Of a DNA stretch of 64,000 nt, positions 9,319-19,552 are shown one piece after another. Numbering within the stretch: the first letter of the stretch is position 1; each line of letters starts with the position of its first letter. The notes beneath the pieces were generated by a model. It worked only from the letters and a program-made list of their open reading frames with translations. It was not told the DNA's origin and made no database searches. The stretch is from an uncultured Ruminococcus sp. (GTDB taxonomy: Bacteria > Bacillota > Clostridia > Oscillospirales > CAG-382). The stretch is from contig CAZNCN010000001.1 of assembly GCA_964571635.1 (NCBI GenBank), positions 37,705 to 101,704 of the forward strand, read 5' to 3'. Made by a program: the position numbers and the translations under genes.

Positions 9319-9795
9319 CTATTTGTGATAGTTCTTGCCGTTGTTGATGCTGAAGGCACGATATACCTGCTCTGCCAATATCACACGCATCAGCCTGTGC
9401 GGAAACGTCATGTCAGACACCGAAAGCCTGATGTCGGCGCGCCGCTTGACAGAATCGTCGAGTCCGTGGCTGCTGCCGATGACGAATGATATTCCGCCCT
9501 GCATACTGCGCTCCGCAATCATTTTGGCAAACCCGACAGAATCATATTTCCTGCCCTCAATGCACGCCGCGACGATCGTATCGCCCTTTGGAACCGCCTT
9601 TAATATCGCCTCGCCCTCTCTTTGCAGTGCACGAGAAATGAGCGCATCACTGTTTTCGTCGTCGATGCGCTCTTCTTTTATACATACCGTGCGGTATCGA
9701 CAATAAGGCGACATGCGCTTGATATATTCTGCTTCGGCATCGGCAAAATATTTTTCTTTGCCCTCGCCGACGTGTATGACTGTGATGTCGATCAT
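9319..9795 (-). CDS. rlmH: 23S rRNA (pseudouridine1915-N3)-methyltransferase RlmH
   Basis: 158 aa, SPOUT family. N-terminus and C-terminal FPHxLxRxxLxEQxYRA motif. Confidence 0.85.
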   Translation of the reverse strand: MIDITVIHVGEGKEKYFADAEAEYIKRMSPYCRYRTVCIKEERIDDENSDALISRALQREGEAILKAVPKGDTIVAACIEGRKYDSVGFAKMIAERSMQGGISFVIGSSHGLDDSVKRRADIRLSVSDMTFPHRLMRVILAEQVYRAFSINNGKNYHK

Positions 9796-10373
9796 TTGCG
9801 ATCCCTGTCGCGCGACTTCTTTTTGACAGAATAACCCATCTTGCCTATGCGCTTGCCCATGGTAAAATATTCGCCGTGGCTGTATGCCATGAGATGTGCC
9901 TTTTCCATATGCAATTTGCCGCTGTCGTCAATGAGCGTTTCGTCGACCGTTACGCCGACTATATCTGCGAGAAACATATCGTGCGAGCCGAGCTCGATGG
10001 TGTTGAACACACGGCACTCAAGTGTTACCGGGCATTCTGCTATCGAAACAGTATCGATGTGGGCACATTCCTCGGGCGTTATATTGAGTTTTTGAAACTT
10101 GTCTATCTCTCTGCCCGACCTCACGCCGACAAAATCTGTTATACGCGCAAGCTTTGAAGGCGTAAGATTGATGCAAAAAACGCCTGTGCGGCTGATTATC
10201 TCGTGTGACAGCCTGCTCTTGCGCAATGAAATATATGTGCGTGGAGGGTTGCTGTTGATTATGCCCGTCCATGCGACAGTGCAAACGTTGGGATTCTGCT
10301 TTTCACCGCACGAAACCATGACGGCAGGCACAGGGGCAAGCAGTGTTCCGCCCTTCCAATTAACTTTTGCCAT
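9792..10373 (-). CDS. Flavin reductase-like FMN-binding protein
   Basis: 193 aa. LAPVPAVMVSCG...NVCTVAWTG pattern of the flavin reductase domain family. Confidence 0.65.
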   Translation of the reverse strand: MAKVNWKGGTLLAPVPAVMVSCGEKQNPNVCTVAWTGIINSNPPRTYISLRKSRLSHEIISRTGVFCINLTPSKLARITDFVGVRSGREIDKFQKLNITPEECAHIDTVSIAECPVTLECRVFNTIELGSHDMFLADIVGVTVDETLIDDSGKLHMEKAHLMAYSHGEYFTMGKRIGKMGYSVKKKSRDRDRK

Positions 10374-10375
10374 TA

Positions 10376-11104
10376 TTAATCATCCTCTCTGTCTTTGTCT
10401 TTTATATCTATTTGCATATCATTTGCCTGCTTAAAAGCAATGTCTTTGATTATCCTTGATGCCATCATATAGCCTGCGACAGGCGGAACGAATGACACCG
10501 ATGACGGCACCGGACGCCTTACAGACGGCAATTCGAGCGAATAAAGCACGTTCACGCCCGAAATAATGCCACGCTTGCGCAATTCGACCCTGACAGCCTT
10601 TGCAAGCGGACACACAGTGGTTTTTTTGATGTCGTCGATCCTGAACATAAACGGATCAAGCTTGTTGCCCGTGCCCATGCAGGATATGACAGGCACGCCC
10701 AAGCCGACCGATTTTTCGATAAGGTCACATTTTGCCTTGACATCGTCGATGCAATCGGCGATATAGTCGTATTTTGACAGATCTATACGAGCCATATCAT
10801 CACTGCGATAAAAGAAATCAAAGCATTCTGTCTTTATAAACGGTGCTATCGACGTAATGCGTTCGCAGGCAACACGAGCCTTGCTCTGACCGAGCGTCCG
10901 ATGCGTTGCATATAGCTGCCTGTTTAAATTGCTCTCTGAATAAACGTCACCGTCGCATACAGCAATATGTCCGACACCTGCACGGCAGAGTGCTTCGATG
11001 ACGGCGCAGCCTACGCCACCCGCACCAAAGACGAGCACGGCAGAATTGCCAAGCCTTTTTATGCCTTCTTCGCCAAATATAGGCAACGAGCGTTCAAACA
11101 TCAT
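10376..11104 (-). CDS. tcdA: tRNA threonylcarbamoyladenosine dehydratase (ThiF/E1-like)
   Basis: Rossmann motif VFGAGGVGCAVIEAL...DGDVYSESNLNRQ, typical of the TcdA/CsdL ThiF family. Confidence 0.7.
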   Translation of the reverse strand: MMFERSLPIFGEEGIKRLGNSAVLVFGAGGVGCAVIEALCRAGVGHIAVCDGDVYSESNLNRQLYATHRTLGQSKARVACERITSIAPFIKTECFDFFYRSDDMARIDLSKYDYIADCIDDVKAKCDLIEKSVGLGVPVISCMGTGNKLDPFMFRIDDIKKTTVCPLAKAVRVELRKRGIISGVNVLYSLELPSVRRPVPSSVSFVPPVAGYMMASRIIKDIAFKQANDMQIDIKDKDREDD

Positions 11105-12807
11105 TTCTCTTTGACCTCCATCGGCATCTCGGCATCAACATATGCCGTATAATATTTATCGTAGGTGACAAACCCGGGCGCTGATGACGGGGGCTTTTTA
11201 ACATATCTTACCCGTGTATAGTCGACAGGTGTCTGCCTCGAATGCCTCGCTTCGCTGTGATATGCCGCAAGCATAGCCGCCTCGGTATAATCCCTGGCGT
11301 CCGGCTCTTCACCTGCTGCAAGCATGACGACGTGCGAACCGTGGAAGCCCTTGACGTGAAACCAGATGTCATCCTTCTGTGCGCCGAAGGTTATCATATC
11401 GTTTTGTTTGTTGTTTTTGCCGACCTTGACGGTGTATCCGCCCGAGGTGACAAAGGTGAGAGGCTTTGAGGGCGGCAATCTGATGCCCTTGCGCTTGTCT
11501 ACCTTGCCCATATAGCCTGTTTCGGCAAGCTCTCGCCTTATTTCGTCGAGGTCTGCCGCCGATGAAGCACGTCTGATAAAGTCAAGCACACCCTCTAAAT
11601 AGTCGATCTCTTTTTTCGCCTCGGCGATCTGCTTTGTAAGCTCCGCCTCGGCACGCTTGAGCTTGGCGTATTTTTTGTATCTTGCCTGAGCGTTCTGAGC
11701 GGGCGTCTTGCGCTTGTCAAGCTCTATCGTAACTGTTTCGCCCGTTTCATAATCTATCGCCGTAAGCGTTTCGTCGCCCTTTGCTATGCGATATATATTC
11801 GCCGTGATGACGTCGCCCTCTCTGCGAAGGCTGTCCTTTTCGCCACACGCCTCAAGCTCTGAGGACTGCTTGAGCATTTTTTTATTTTCACGAGCCAAAA
11901 GCCCCTCAACTGTTCTGATTATATCTCTTGCTCTCGAAACGAGGGCCGCTTCACGAGCCTTTTCGCCATAGAACGAGCCAAGAAGCTCTGAGAACGAGCC
12001 GAACGTGCTATATTCTCCGTACTGCGTGATAGGCGTAAACGAATATTCCTTTTGCCCGAATGAGCATGGCACAAATCTTTTTGCCGCTATATCCTGCGCA
12101 AAGCAGAGGCGCTGCTCGTCAAGCCTTGCAAGGTCGATGTCAAAAAGCACCGCATCGACATCGCCACACGCACGAAACGTGATCTCTCTTGCCGTGAGCG
12201 GCGAAAGGCACGCAAATGTGGCAAGCAAAAACTTATCGCACTTTTTTGCGGAATTTTGCTTGCAAAGCGCAATAAAATCATCTGTCGAAACGGCAGCGAG
12301 ATCGAGCTTGTTCTGCGCAGGCGGCAACGAATACTGTGCACCGATCATAACAGGGCGTGTGCCCTCGGTGATATCGGAAAGATGCGTTGCACCGAGAATC
12401 CTGTCGTCCTCTGAGCAAAGCAATATGTTTGAATACTTGCCCATCATTTCGGCGTATATTATGCTCTTTTTTGGATAACCCATATCGTCGGTGCCGTCGA
12501 ATACAAGCTTTATAATTCTTTCACCCTTGACAGCTTCTGCCGAAAACAGCCTCGAAGAAACGAGGTGCTTGCGGAACAGCATACAAAGCGACGACGGAAC
12601 GTCACGGCACGGCGTATCGCCGTCTGTTGCCGCGACAATAGGTGCAGACGCCGAAGCGCTGATGACCAGAGTGCGGCGCGATCCATCCTTGTATAGTGAT
12701 AAATAAAACGACGAGGGCGAGCCCTGACAGAGCTTGTCTACCCTCGCCCCGGCATATTCGTTTATCTCTGCCGCCGCAGCGACACAAAAATAACCGTCAA
12801 ACGCCAT
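11101..12807 (-). CDS. rqcH: Ribosome quality-control protein RqcH (NFACT / FbpA family)
   Basis: 568 aa. N-terminus MAFDGYF...RVDKLxQ, central coiled coil, C-terminal NFACT-R region (DIWFHVKGFHGSHVV). Confidence 0.8.
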   Translation of the reverse strand: MAFDGYFCVAAAAEINEYAGARVDKLCQGSPSSFYLSLYKDGSRRTLVISASASAPIVAATDGDTPCRDVPSSLCMLFRKHLVSSRLFSAEAVKGERIIKLVFDGTDDMGYPKKSIIYAEMMGKYSNILLCSEDDRILGATHLSDITEGTRPVMIGAQYSLPPAQNKLDLAAVSTDDFIALCKQNSAKKCDKFLLATFACLSPLTAREITFRACGDVDAVLFDIDLARLDEQRLCFAQDIAAKRFVPCSFGQKEYSFTPITQYGEYSTFGSFSELLGSFYGEKAREAALVSRARDIIRTVEGLLARENKKMLKQSSELEACGEKDSLRREGDVITANIYRIAKGDETLTAIDYETGETVTIELDKRKTPAQNAQARYKKYAKLKRAEAELTKQIAEAKKEIDYLEGVLDFIRRASSAADLDEIRRELAETGYMGKVDKRKGIRLPPSKPLTFVTSGGYTVKVGKNNKQNDMITFGAQKDDIWFHVKGFHGSHVVMLAAGEEPDARDYTEAAMLAAYHSEARHSRQTPVDYTRVRYVKKPPSSAPGFVTYDKYYTAYVDAEMPMEVKEK

Positions 12808-13543
12808 ATTCTATATCCTCATTAAAATCAAAAACCATTATCTCGAGGTCATCCCCGAATTTATCACGCAGAGTTTTCGCCAGCGCAGGCAATACCACAC
12901 GTTCGGTAGCGTGATGCGTGGCACAGACAAGCGTAATGCCTATTTCGTGTGCAGCAATGAACGAGCTGTGGTTGGCTTCACCTGTTATAAAGGCGTCGCA
13001 GCCGTATGCGTATTTTGCCCTGATTATCTCGTCCTTGCCTGCTCCGCTGACTATGCCGACACGGTGAATAGTTCTGCCGCTGTCGACAACAAACGGATGC
13101 ACGCCGAGTGCGCCCTCGACCAGTGCCAAAAGCTGCTGTGTAGTCATAGGTTCTGTTTCAGCTATCCTGCCGCAGCCGCCCATGCGCTTAAAATCCGCAA
13201 ATTCGAGCGCTTTGCAAAGGCAGTCGTTGACGCCGCCGTTTGCCTCGTCGAGCCTCGTGTGATACGAAAGCAGGCCGATGCCGCATTTTTTGAGCATTAT
13301 ATAACGCTTGACCACATCGATGGGATAAGGGCTCTTAAAAAGCAAAGGATGATGAGTTATGATGAGATCGCAGCCATGTCTGCGTGCATATTTTATCGCA
13401 GGCGTGGTAGCGTCAAGTGCAACGAGCACACGGTGTATTTCGGGGTCGCAAAAGACCATCTCACCGTCGTGATCCCAGGGCGCAGAAAGCTCTTTGTCAT
13501 ACATGCGTCCAAGATATGCGCTTATCTCATCATAGTATCTCAT
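12797..13543 (-). CDS. Nif3-like dinuclear metal centre protein
   Basis: DLIITHHPLLF and ITGE motifs. The start is taken at the internal ATG (13543); the 302-aa ORF-track version would overlap the transketolase gene. Confidence 0.7.
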   Translation of the reverse strand: MRYYDEISAYLGRMYDKELSAPWDHDGEMVFCDPEIHRVLVALDATTPAIKYARRHGCDLIITHHPLLFKSPYPIDVVKRYIMLKKCGIGLLSYHTRLDEANGGVNDCLCKALEFADFKRMGGCGRIAETEPMTTQQLLALVEGALGVHPFVVDSGRTIHRVGIVSGAGKDEIIRAKYAYGCDAFITGEANHSSFIAAHEIGITLVCATHHATERVVLPALAKTLRDKFGDDLEIMVFDFNEDIEYGV

Positions 13544-13572
13544 TTTGTTTATCCTGTTTACCCTTGATAATT

Positions 13573-14523
13573 TTACTTCAAAAGTCCTCTGACCTTGGCG
13601 GCTATGCCATCGGCGTTGAGGCCGTAATAGTCGAGCAGCACCGATGCCGAAGCCGACTTGCCGAACACATCCTCGATGCCGACACGTGCCATGCGAGTGG
13701 GGCACTCCTCGGATAAGACTTCTGCGACCGCACTGCCGAGACCGCCGACGATGCTGTGCTCCTCTGCTGTGACGACCTTGCCTGTCTTAGAAGCGTATTT
13801 GACTATCGTTTCTTTGTCGATAGGCTTTATAGTGTGAACATTGATGACCGCTGCCGAAACGCCCTCAGATGCAAGCTTTTCTGCTGCTTCGAGAGCAGCG
13901 GCGACCATTATGCCTGTTGCGAATATAGCAACGTCGTTGCCTTCTCTGAGCACGACTGCCTTGCCCGGCTCAAAGACATATGTATCCTTGTCGAATATTA
14001 CAGGCACCGCAAATCTGCCGAGTCGCATATATACAGGCCCGTTATAGTCAAAAGTAGACATTACAGCAGCACGAGCCTCAACTGCATCGGCAGGATTTAT
14101 AACCGTCATGCCGGGGCACGAGCGCATAAGTGCGATGTCCTCGCAGAACTGATGCGTTGCGCCGTCCTCGCCAACTGTTATGCCTGCGTGGCTTGCGCAG
14201 ATCCTGACAGGCAGGTTGGTGTGAGCGACCGAGTTGCGGATCTGCTCATATGCTCTGCCGCAAGCGAACATTGCAAAGCTCGAGGCAAATGCGGGGACGC
14301 CTGTTGCAGCAATGCCTGCTGCGACCGAGATCATATTCTCCTCTGCGATGCCGCAGTTGATGAAGCGCTCGGGATATTTCTTTGCGAATATCGCGGTCTG
14401 TGTCGAACCCGAGAGGTCGGCGTCAAGCACAAAATAATCATATCTGTCGCCAAACTCGGCGAGCGTGTTGCCGTATGCGACGCGCGTAGCGATGCGCTCG
14501 GGATTTTGAGACTTATTAAGCAT
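13573..14523 (-). CDS. Transketolase, C-terminal (pyrimidine-binding) subunit
   Basis: Split-transketolase subunit. The ATG at 14523 overlaps the stop of the N-terminal subunit (ATGCTTAA). Typical ...RVAYGNTL...GIAEENM... pattern. Confidence 0.85.
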   Translation of the reverse strand: MLNKSQNPERIATRVAYGNTLAEFGDRYDYFVLDADLSGSTQTAIFAKKYPERFINCGIAEENMISVAAGIAATGVPAFASSFAMFACGRAYEQIRNSVAHTNLPVRICASHAGITVGEDGATHQFCEDIALMRSCPGMTVINPADAVEARAAVMSTFDYNGPVYMRLGRFAVPVIFDKDTYVFEPGKAVVLREGNDVAIFATGIMVAAALEAAEKLASEGVSAAVINVHTIKPIDKETIVKYASKTGKVVTAEEHSIVGGLGSAVAEVLSEECPTRMARVGIEDVFGKSASASVLLDYYGLNADGIAAKVRGLLK

Positions 14524-15370
14524 TTTCAAGCTCCTCCTCGGCTTTTTTGCAGGCAGCTTCAAGCTCTGCCGCAGCGATATCATACTCAGCCTGCTTAGGC
14601 GCTTTGCCATGCCAGCCATAGTTGTTTTCCATATAAGAAACGCCCTTGCCCTTGACGGTGTTGCAGATTATCATTGCAGGCTTGCCGCAATCGCAGGCTG
14701 CGGTAACAGCATTGTCTATCTGATCAAAATCGTGGCCGTCAATAGTCTGCACGAACCAGCCGAACGCCTCAAACTTTTTGTCAAGCGGCGTGGGATTCAT
14801 AACATCTCTGACGTCGCCGTCTATCTGCAAATGGTTGAAATCAAGGAACGCAATGAGGTTGTCGAGCTTATAATGAGCGGCAAACATTGCTGCCTCCCAG
14901 ATCATGCCCTCCTGCGATTCGCCGTCGCCTATGATGGTGTAAACCTTATAATTCTTACCCCTGCGCTTGCCGGAAACAGCCATTCCGCAGGCGGCAGAAA
15001 AGCCCTGTCCGAGCGAGCCTGTTGAAATGTCAACACCGCTCGTGGTGAGCATATCGGGGTGACCCTGCAAAAAGCTGTCGAGATGCCTGAGCCCTGTCAA
15101 TTCGGACTCGTCAAAATACCCCTTGAGTGCAAGCGCTGCGTAAAGTGCGGGTGCGGCATGACCCTTTGACAGAACAAATCTGTCGCGGTCGGCATCCTGC
15201 GGTGCAGCGGGATCTGCATTCATTTTGTAAAAATAAAGATACGCCATAACATCGGCTATCGACAAAGAACCTCCCGGATGTCCCGATCCGGCGGCAAACA
15301 CAGACGCTAAAACGTCCTTGCGAATATGCGCGGCTCTTTCGCTAAGATAAAGACGCTGCTTCTTTTCCAT
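14516..15370 (-). CDS. Transketolase, N-terminal (TPP-binding) subunit
   Basis: GSGHPGGSLS, GHAAPALY and GDGESQEG motifs. Confidence 0.85.
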   Translation of the reverse strand: MEKKQRLYLSERAAHIRKDVLASVFAAGSGHPGGSLSIADVMAYLYFYKMNADPAAPQDADRDRFVLSKGHAAPALYAALALKGYFDESELTGLRHLDSFLQGHPDMLTTSGVDISTGSLGQGFSAACGMAVSGKRRGKNYKVYTIIGDGESQEGMIWEAAMFAAHYKLDNLIAFLDFNHLQIDGDVRDVMNPTPLDKKFEAFGWFVQTIDGHDFDQIDNAVTAACDCGKPAMIICNTVKGKGVSYMENNYGWHGKAPKQAEYDIAAAELEAACKKAEEELENA

Positions 15371-15385
15371 AATGACTCCTAAATC

Positions 15386-16351
15386 CTATCTGATTTTATC
15401 AAGTTTAGCAAGTATTTTGCTGAAATAATCAGGCATATCGGCAGTAAACTGCATTCTTTCACCTGTTATCGGATGTGTAAAGGCGATATATTTTGCCCAA
15501 AGGCACTGACCCTCGAGGTGAAACCTGTCGGTCTTGTCGCCATAGACAATATCGCCGAGCAACGGATGCCCTATCGACTGCATGTGCACTCTGATCTGGT
15601 GCGTTCTGCCTGTGAGCAGGGTACATTCGACATGTGTGTATCCGTCAAATCTGTCTATCACGCGCCAAAGCGTTGTTGCTTCACGGCCCGTGCTGTCGAC
15701 GCACATTTTTTTGCGGTCGACCTTGTGACGTGCTATCGGGCGGTCTATGCGCCCCTCGTCGTCCTTTAAAGAGCCTATGACCACAGCTTCATACCTGCGG
15801 TCAAAGGTGTGGGCGGCTATCTGAGCAGCCAGCCCGTTGTGAGCCTCGTCGGTCTTTGCGACCATGAGCAGCCCCGATGTCATCTTGTCGATGCGGTGGA
15901 CTATGCCGGGCCTTTCAACACCGTTTATCGACGACAGCCTGCCTGCGCAATGATAAAGCAATGCGTTGACCAAGGTGCCGTCGGGATTGCCTGCGGCAGG
16001 ATGCACCACCATACCGCGCGGCTTATCGACCACCAGCAGGTGCTCATCCTCATAAACGATGGTTATAGGCAATTCCTGAGGCTGATTATCAAGCTTCTTC
16101 GGCTCCGGCAACGACACCTCGACTGTTTCTGCTCCTATGAGTTTATAGCTCTTTGAAGCCTTTTTGCCGTCGACGGTGACAGCGCCCTCAGAAATAAGCT
16201 GCTGTGCGAGCGAGCGACTGACGCCTGCGCCGTCGGCGACAAAAACGTCAAGTCGCTGTCCGCAATGAATATTTTCTGCTTTAAGCGTCACAGCCGTCAC
16301 CGTCCTCTTGCTTTGGCTCGTCGGCAGATTTGCCGTCATTCTTGAGCTCAA
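15386..16351 (-). CDS. rluD: RluA/RluD-family 23S rRNA pseudouridine synthase
   Basis: S4 domain (RLDVFV...SRSLAQQLI) and catalytic HRLDKMTSGLL. Start uncertain: in-frame GTGs at 16300 or 16291 would remove the 70-nt overlap with lspA. Confidence 0.8.
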   Translation of the reverse strand: MSSRMTANLPTSQSKRTVTAVTLKAENIHCGQRLDVFVADGAGVSRSLAQQLISEGAVTVDGKKASKSYKLIGAETVEVSLPEPKKLDNQPQELPITIVYEDEHLLVVDKPRGMVVHPAAGNPDGTLVNALLYHCAGRLSSINGVERPGIVHRIDKMTSGLLMVAKTDEAHNGLAAQIAAHTFDRRYEAVVIGSLKDDEGRIDRPIARHKVDRKKMCVDSTGREATTLWRVIDRFDGYTHVECTLLTGRTHQIRVHMQSIGHPLLGDIVYGDKTDRFHLEGQCLWAKYIAFTHPITGERMQFTADMPDYFSKILAKLDKIR

Positions 16352-16781
16352 AGAATATGACGTATATCGCTATGACTGCCGCTCCTATGCAAACAAACGA
16401 ATCGGCGGCGTTAAAGACGGGAAAATCGATAAACGTAAAGCGCAGGAAATCTGTGACCTTGCCGAATGCGACACGGTCGATCATGTTGCCTATTCCGCCA
16501 CCCAAAACCATGGCGATGCCGATGTTGAGCAGGCGGCTGCGCTTATAGCACTTGCACAAAAACACTGTCATTCCGACGATGGCGACGCTCGAAAGCAGCA
16601 TAAACACCCATCTGTGCTCAGAAAACATGCCCCAGGCAGCGCCCTCGTTCTCGATATGAGTGAAATTGATAAACCACGGAATAAATTCGATCGTGTCTCC
16701 GATAGCCATACCGTTCCTGACGACGACCTTGGTTAACTGATCGATTATTATGACCGCAATCGTGATGATAACAGCTAACAT
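16281..16781 (-). CDS. lspA: Lipoprotein signal peptidase II
   Basis: IDQLTK, GGGIGNMIDR and FNAADSF motifs. The ATG at 16781 overlaps the ileS stop. Confidence 0.85.
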   Translation of the reverse strand: MLAVIITIAVIIIDQLTKVVVRNGMAIGDTIEFIPWFINFTHIENEGAAWGMFSEHRWVFMLLSSVAIVGMTVFLCKCYKRSRLLNIGIAMVLGGGIGNMIDRVAFGKVTDFLRFTFIDFPVFNAADSFVCIGAAVIAIYVIFFELKNDGKSADEPKQEDGDGCDA

Positions 16782-19549
16782 ACTGCGTCGTGGCAACGCT
16801 TGCAAAGCCTGCCGCCCTCGCCGTCATCGACGGTATCGTCGCGGTATGCCCAGCATCTGACGCACTTTTCGCCCGAAGCGATCTTGACATCGACGCCTAT
16901 GCCGCAGGAAGTGTCCTTAAACACGCCCTCGGGTATCTCGCCTCTGACGATATGCACCTTGCTGACGATAAACACGGTCTCGAGCTGTGCCTGATGGCGT
17001 TCAAAGAGGTCAATGGCCTCGCAATCGCCATAGACAGTCACCTCTGCCTCGAGCGACTTGCCGATGAGCTTGTCTGCTCTCGCAACCTCGAGTGCCTTCA
17101 TAACGTCGTCGCGGCAGGTAAAGAGCCTGTCGTATTCGGCGCAAAGCTCGTCGTCGCCGTCTGCCGCTGTATATTCAGGCAGTCTGTTGAGGAACACGCT
17201 GCGCTGATCGTCGCCGCTTCTGTGCTTAAGGAAGCTCCAAGCCTCCTCAGCCGTGAACGAAAGCACCGGCGCGATGAGTCTGATGATGGCAGAAAGTGCC
17301 TCATACATAACGGTCTGAACCGCTCTACGCTCTTTGGCATCTGCCTTTTCGCAATAAAGTGTATCCTTGGTCATGTCGATATACCATTTTGAAAGCTCTA
17401 TCGTGCAGAACGACAGTACCTCGTGATATACCACATGGAATTCATAATCGTTATAAGCCTGCGTGCACTTCTTGACGAGTCTGCCGAGCGATGCCAACGC
17501 CCATCTGTCGATAGGTGACATGGCATCTCTGCCGACCGCATCCTTATCGGGATCAAAATCGCCGACATTGGCAAGCAATATTCTTATGGTGTTGCGTATC
17601 TTGCGATAGCTCTCCGAAAGCTGCTTAAAGATGGCATCCGAAACACGCACGTCAGCTCTGTAATCGCTCGAAGCGACCCACAGCCTCAACATATCTGCGC
17701 CATAGCGGGTTATAACCTGCTCGGGAGCAACGGTGTTGCCGAGCGATTTGTGCATAGCCTTGCCTTCGCCGTCGACTGTCCAACCGTGCGTAAGCACCTG
17801 CTTGAAGGGTGCCTTGCCCTTGTGACCGCCGATAGAAGTGAGCAGCGAGGACTGGAACCAGCCTCTGTATTGGTCTGCGCCCTCGAGATAGAGGTCTGCA
17901 ACCTTGTCGCCGAGCACGCTGTAATGCGACGAGCCACTGTCAAACCAGCCGTCGAGCGTATCGGTCTCTTTCGCAAAATGTTTGCCACCGCACTTGGGGC
18001 AGACATAGCCCTCGGGCAAAAGCTCGCTCGCCTCGCGAATGAACCATGCGTTAGAGCCCTCGTGCGAGAATGTATCGGCTACGCTGTCGATGGTAGCCTG
18101 ATCGCAAATGACCTCGCCGCAATCCTCGCAATAGAACACGGGAATAGGCAGACCCCAGTGGCGCTGGCGCGAGATGCACCAGTCGGCACGCTCTTTGATC
18201 ATAGAAGTAATGCGGTCGCCGCCCCAGGCAGGGATCCATTCTACACCCTCGCAAGCCTTGACTGCGTCATCTCTGAACTTTTCGACCGAGCAGAACCACT
18301 GCGGTGTAGCACGGAAGATGATGGGATGCTTGCAACGCCAGCAATGCGGATAAGAGTGCACCAACTCTTCTGATGCAAAGAGTGCTCCGCTCTCACGCAT
18401 GTCGTCGACTATCGCCTTGTTTGACTCGTCGGTAGTCATGCCCTGATATTTGCCTGCAAGCTCTGTCTGGCGACCTCTGTCGTCGACAGGCACGCATATT
18501 TCGAGCCCGTATCTCATGCCGGTGTGATAGTCATCAACACCAAAGCCGGGAGCTGTATGCACGCAGCCTGTGCCGCTGTCCATCGTGACATAATCGGCAG
18601 TGACGAGCAAGCTCGTCTTGTCGAGGAACGGATGCGCTGCCGTGCAGTATTCAAAATCGCCGCCCTTAAACTCGGCTACGATCTCGTATTCAGTTATTCC
18701 GCCGAAATCCATAGTCTTTTGGCAGAGTGCATCAGCGAGTATATAATACTCTTCGCCCGCCTTGACGAGCACATATTTTTCTCTCGGATGCAAAGCGATA
18801 GCCATATTGCCGGGCAATGTCCAGGGAGTGGTAGTCCATATGATAAAATATGTCTTTGCTTTGTCGCAGATGCCGTCGAGAATGCCCTTGTCATCCTTGA
18901 CCGCAAACTTGACATAGATCGAGGTGCACTTGTCGTCGGCGTATTCTATCTCTGCCTCGGCGAGAGCGGTCTCGTCGTGAGCACACCAATAAACAGGCTT
19001 TAAGCCCTTATAGATATATCCCTTTGAATACATCTCGCCGAATATTCTTATCTCTGTCGCCTCAAACTCGGGTGCCATGGTGATATACGGATTCTGCCAA
19101 TCGCCGACAATGCCAAGACGCTTGAATGACTCGCGCTGAAGGTCGATGAAGTTCTGCGCAAACTCCTGGCAATTCTGTCTGAATTCGGGCACTGTCATGC
19201 GCTTGCGGTCGAGCTTGTTCTTTTTGATTATAGCACTCTCGATAGGCATACCGTGGTTGTCCCAGCCGGGAACAAACGGCGTGCGATAGCCCTGCATCGA
19301 CTTTGATTTGACTATAAAGTCCTTAAGCAATTTGTTGAGTGCGTGGCCTATGTGGATATTGCCGTTGGAAAACGGAGGGCCGTCATGCAGTATAAACTCG
19401 TCATTGCCCTCGTTTGCCTCGAGCATAAGGTCATAAAGTCCCATCTCGTTCCAGCGCGAAAGTATCTCGGGCTCTTTGACCGTGAGGTTTGCCCTCATAG
19501 AATATTCTGTGACGGGCAGGTTGAGTGTGTCTTTATATTCTTTTGCCAT
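16775..19549 (-). CDS. ileS: Isoleucyl-tRNA synthetase
   Basis: 924 aa. HIGH-type (NGNIHIGH) and KMSKS-type (KMHKSLGN) motifs, and a C-terminal Zn-finger cysteines. Confidence 0.95.
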   Translation of the reverse strand: MAKEYKDTLNLPVTEYSMRANLTVKEPEILSRWNEMGLYDLMLEANEGNDEFILHDGPPFSNGNIHIGHALNKLLKDFIVKSKSMQGYRTPFVPGWDNHGMPIESAIIKKNKLDRKRMTVPEFRQNCQEFAQNFIDLQRESFKRLGIVGDWQNPYITMAPEFEATEIRIFGEMYSKGYIYKGLKPVYWCAHDETALAEAEIEYADDKCTSIYVKFAVKDDKGILDGICDKAKTYFIIWTTTPWTLPGNMAIALHPREKYVLVKAGEEYYILADALCQKTMDFGGITEYEIVAEFKGGDFEYCTAAHPFLDKTSLLVTADYVTMDSGTGCVHTAPGFGVDDYHTGMRYGLEICVPVDDRGRQTELAGKYQGMTTDESNKAIVDDMRESGALFASEELVHSYPHCWRCKHPIIFRATPQWFCSVEKFRDDAVKACEGVEWIPAWGGDRITSMIKERADWCISRQRHWGLPIPVFYCEDCGEVICDQATIDSVADTFSHEGSNAWFIREASELLPEGYVCPKCGGKHFAKETDTLDGWFDSGSSHYSVLGDKVADLYLEGADQYRGWFQSSLLTSIGGHKGKAPFKQVLTHGWTVDGEGKAMHKSLGNTVAPEQVITRYGADMLRLWVASSDYRADVRVSDAIFKQLSESYRKIRNTIRILLANVGDFDPDKDAVGRDAMSPIDRWALASLGRLVKKCTQAYNDYEFHVVYHEVLSFCTIELSKWYIDMTKDTLYCEKADAKERRAVQTVMYEALSAIIRLIAPVLSFTAEEAWSFLKHRSGDDQRSVFLNRLPEYTAADGDDELCAEYDRLFTCRDDVMKALEVARADKLIGKSLEAEVTVYGDCEAIDLFERHQAQLETVFIVSKVHIVRGEIPEGVFKDTSCGIGVDVKIASGEKCVRCWAYRDDTVDDGEGGRLCKRCHDAVC

Positions 19550-19552
19550 AGC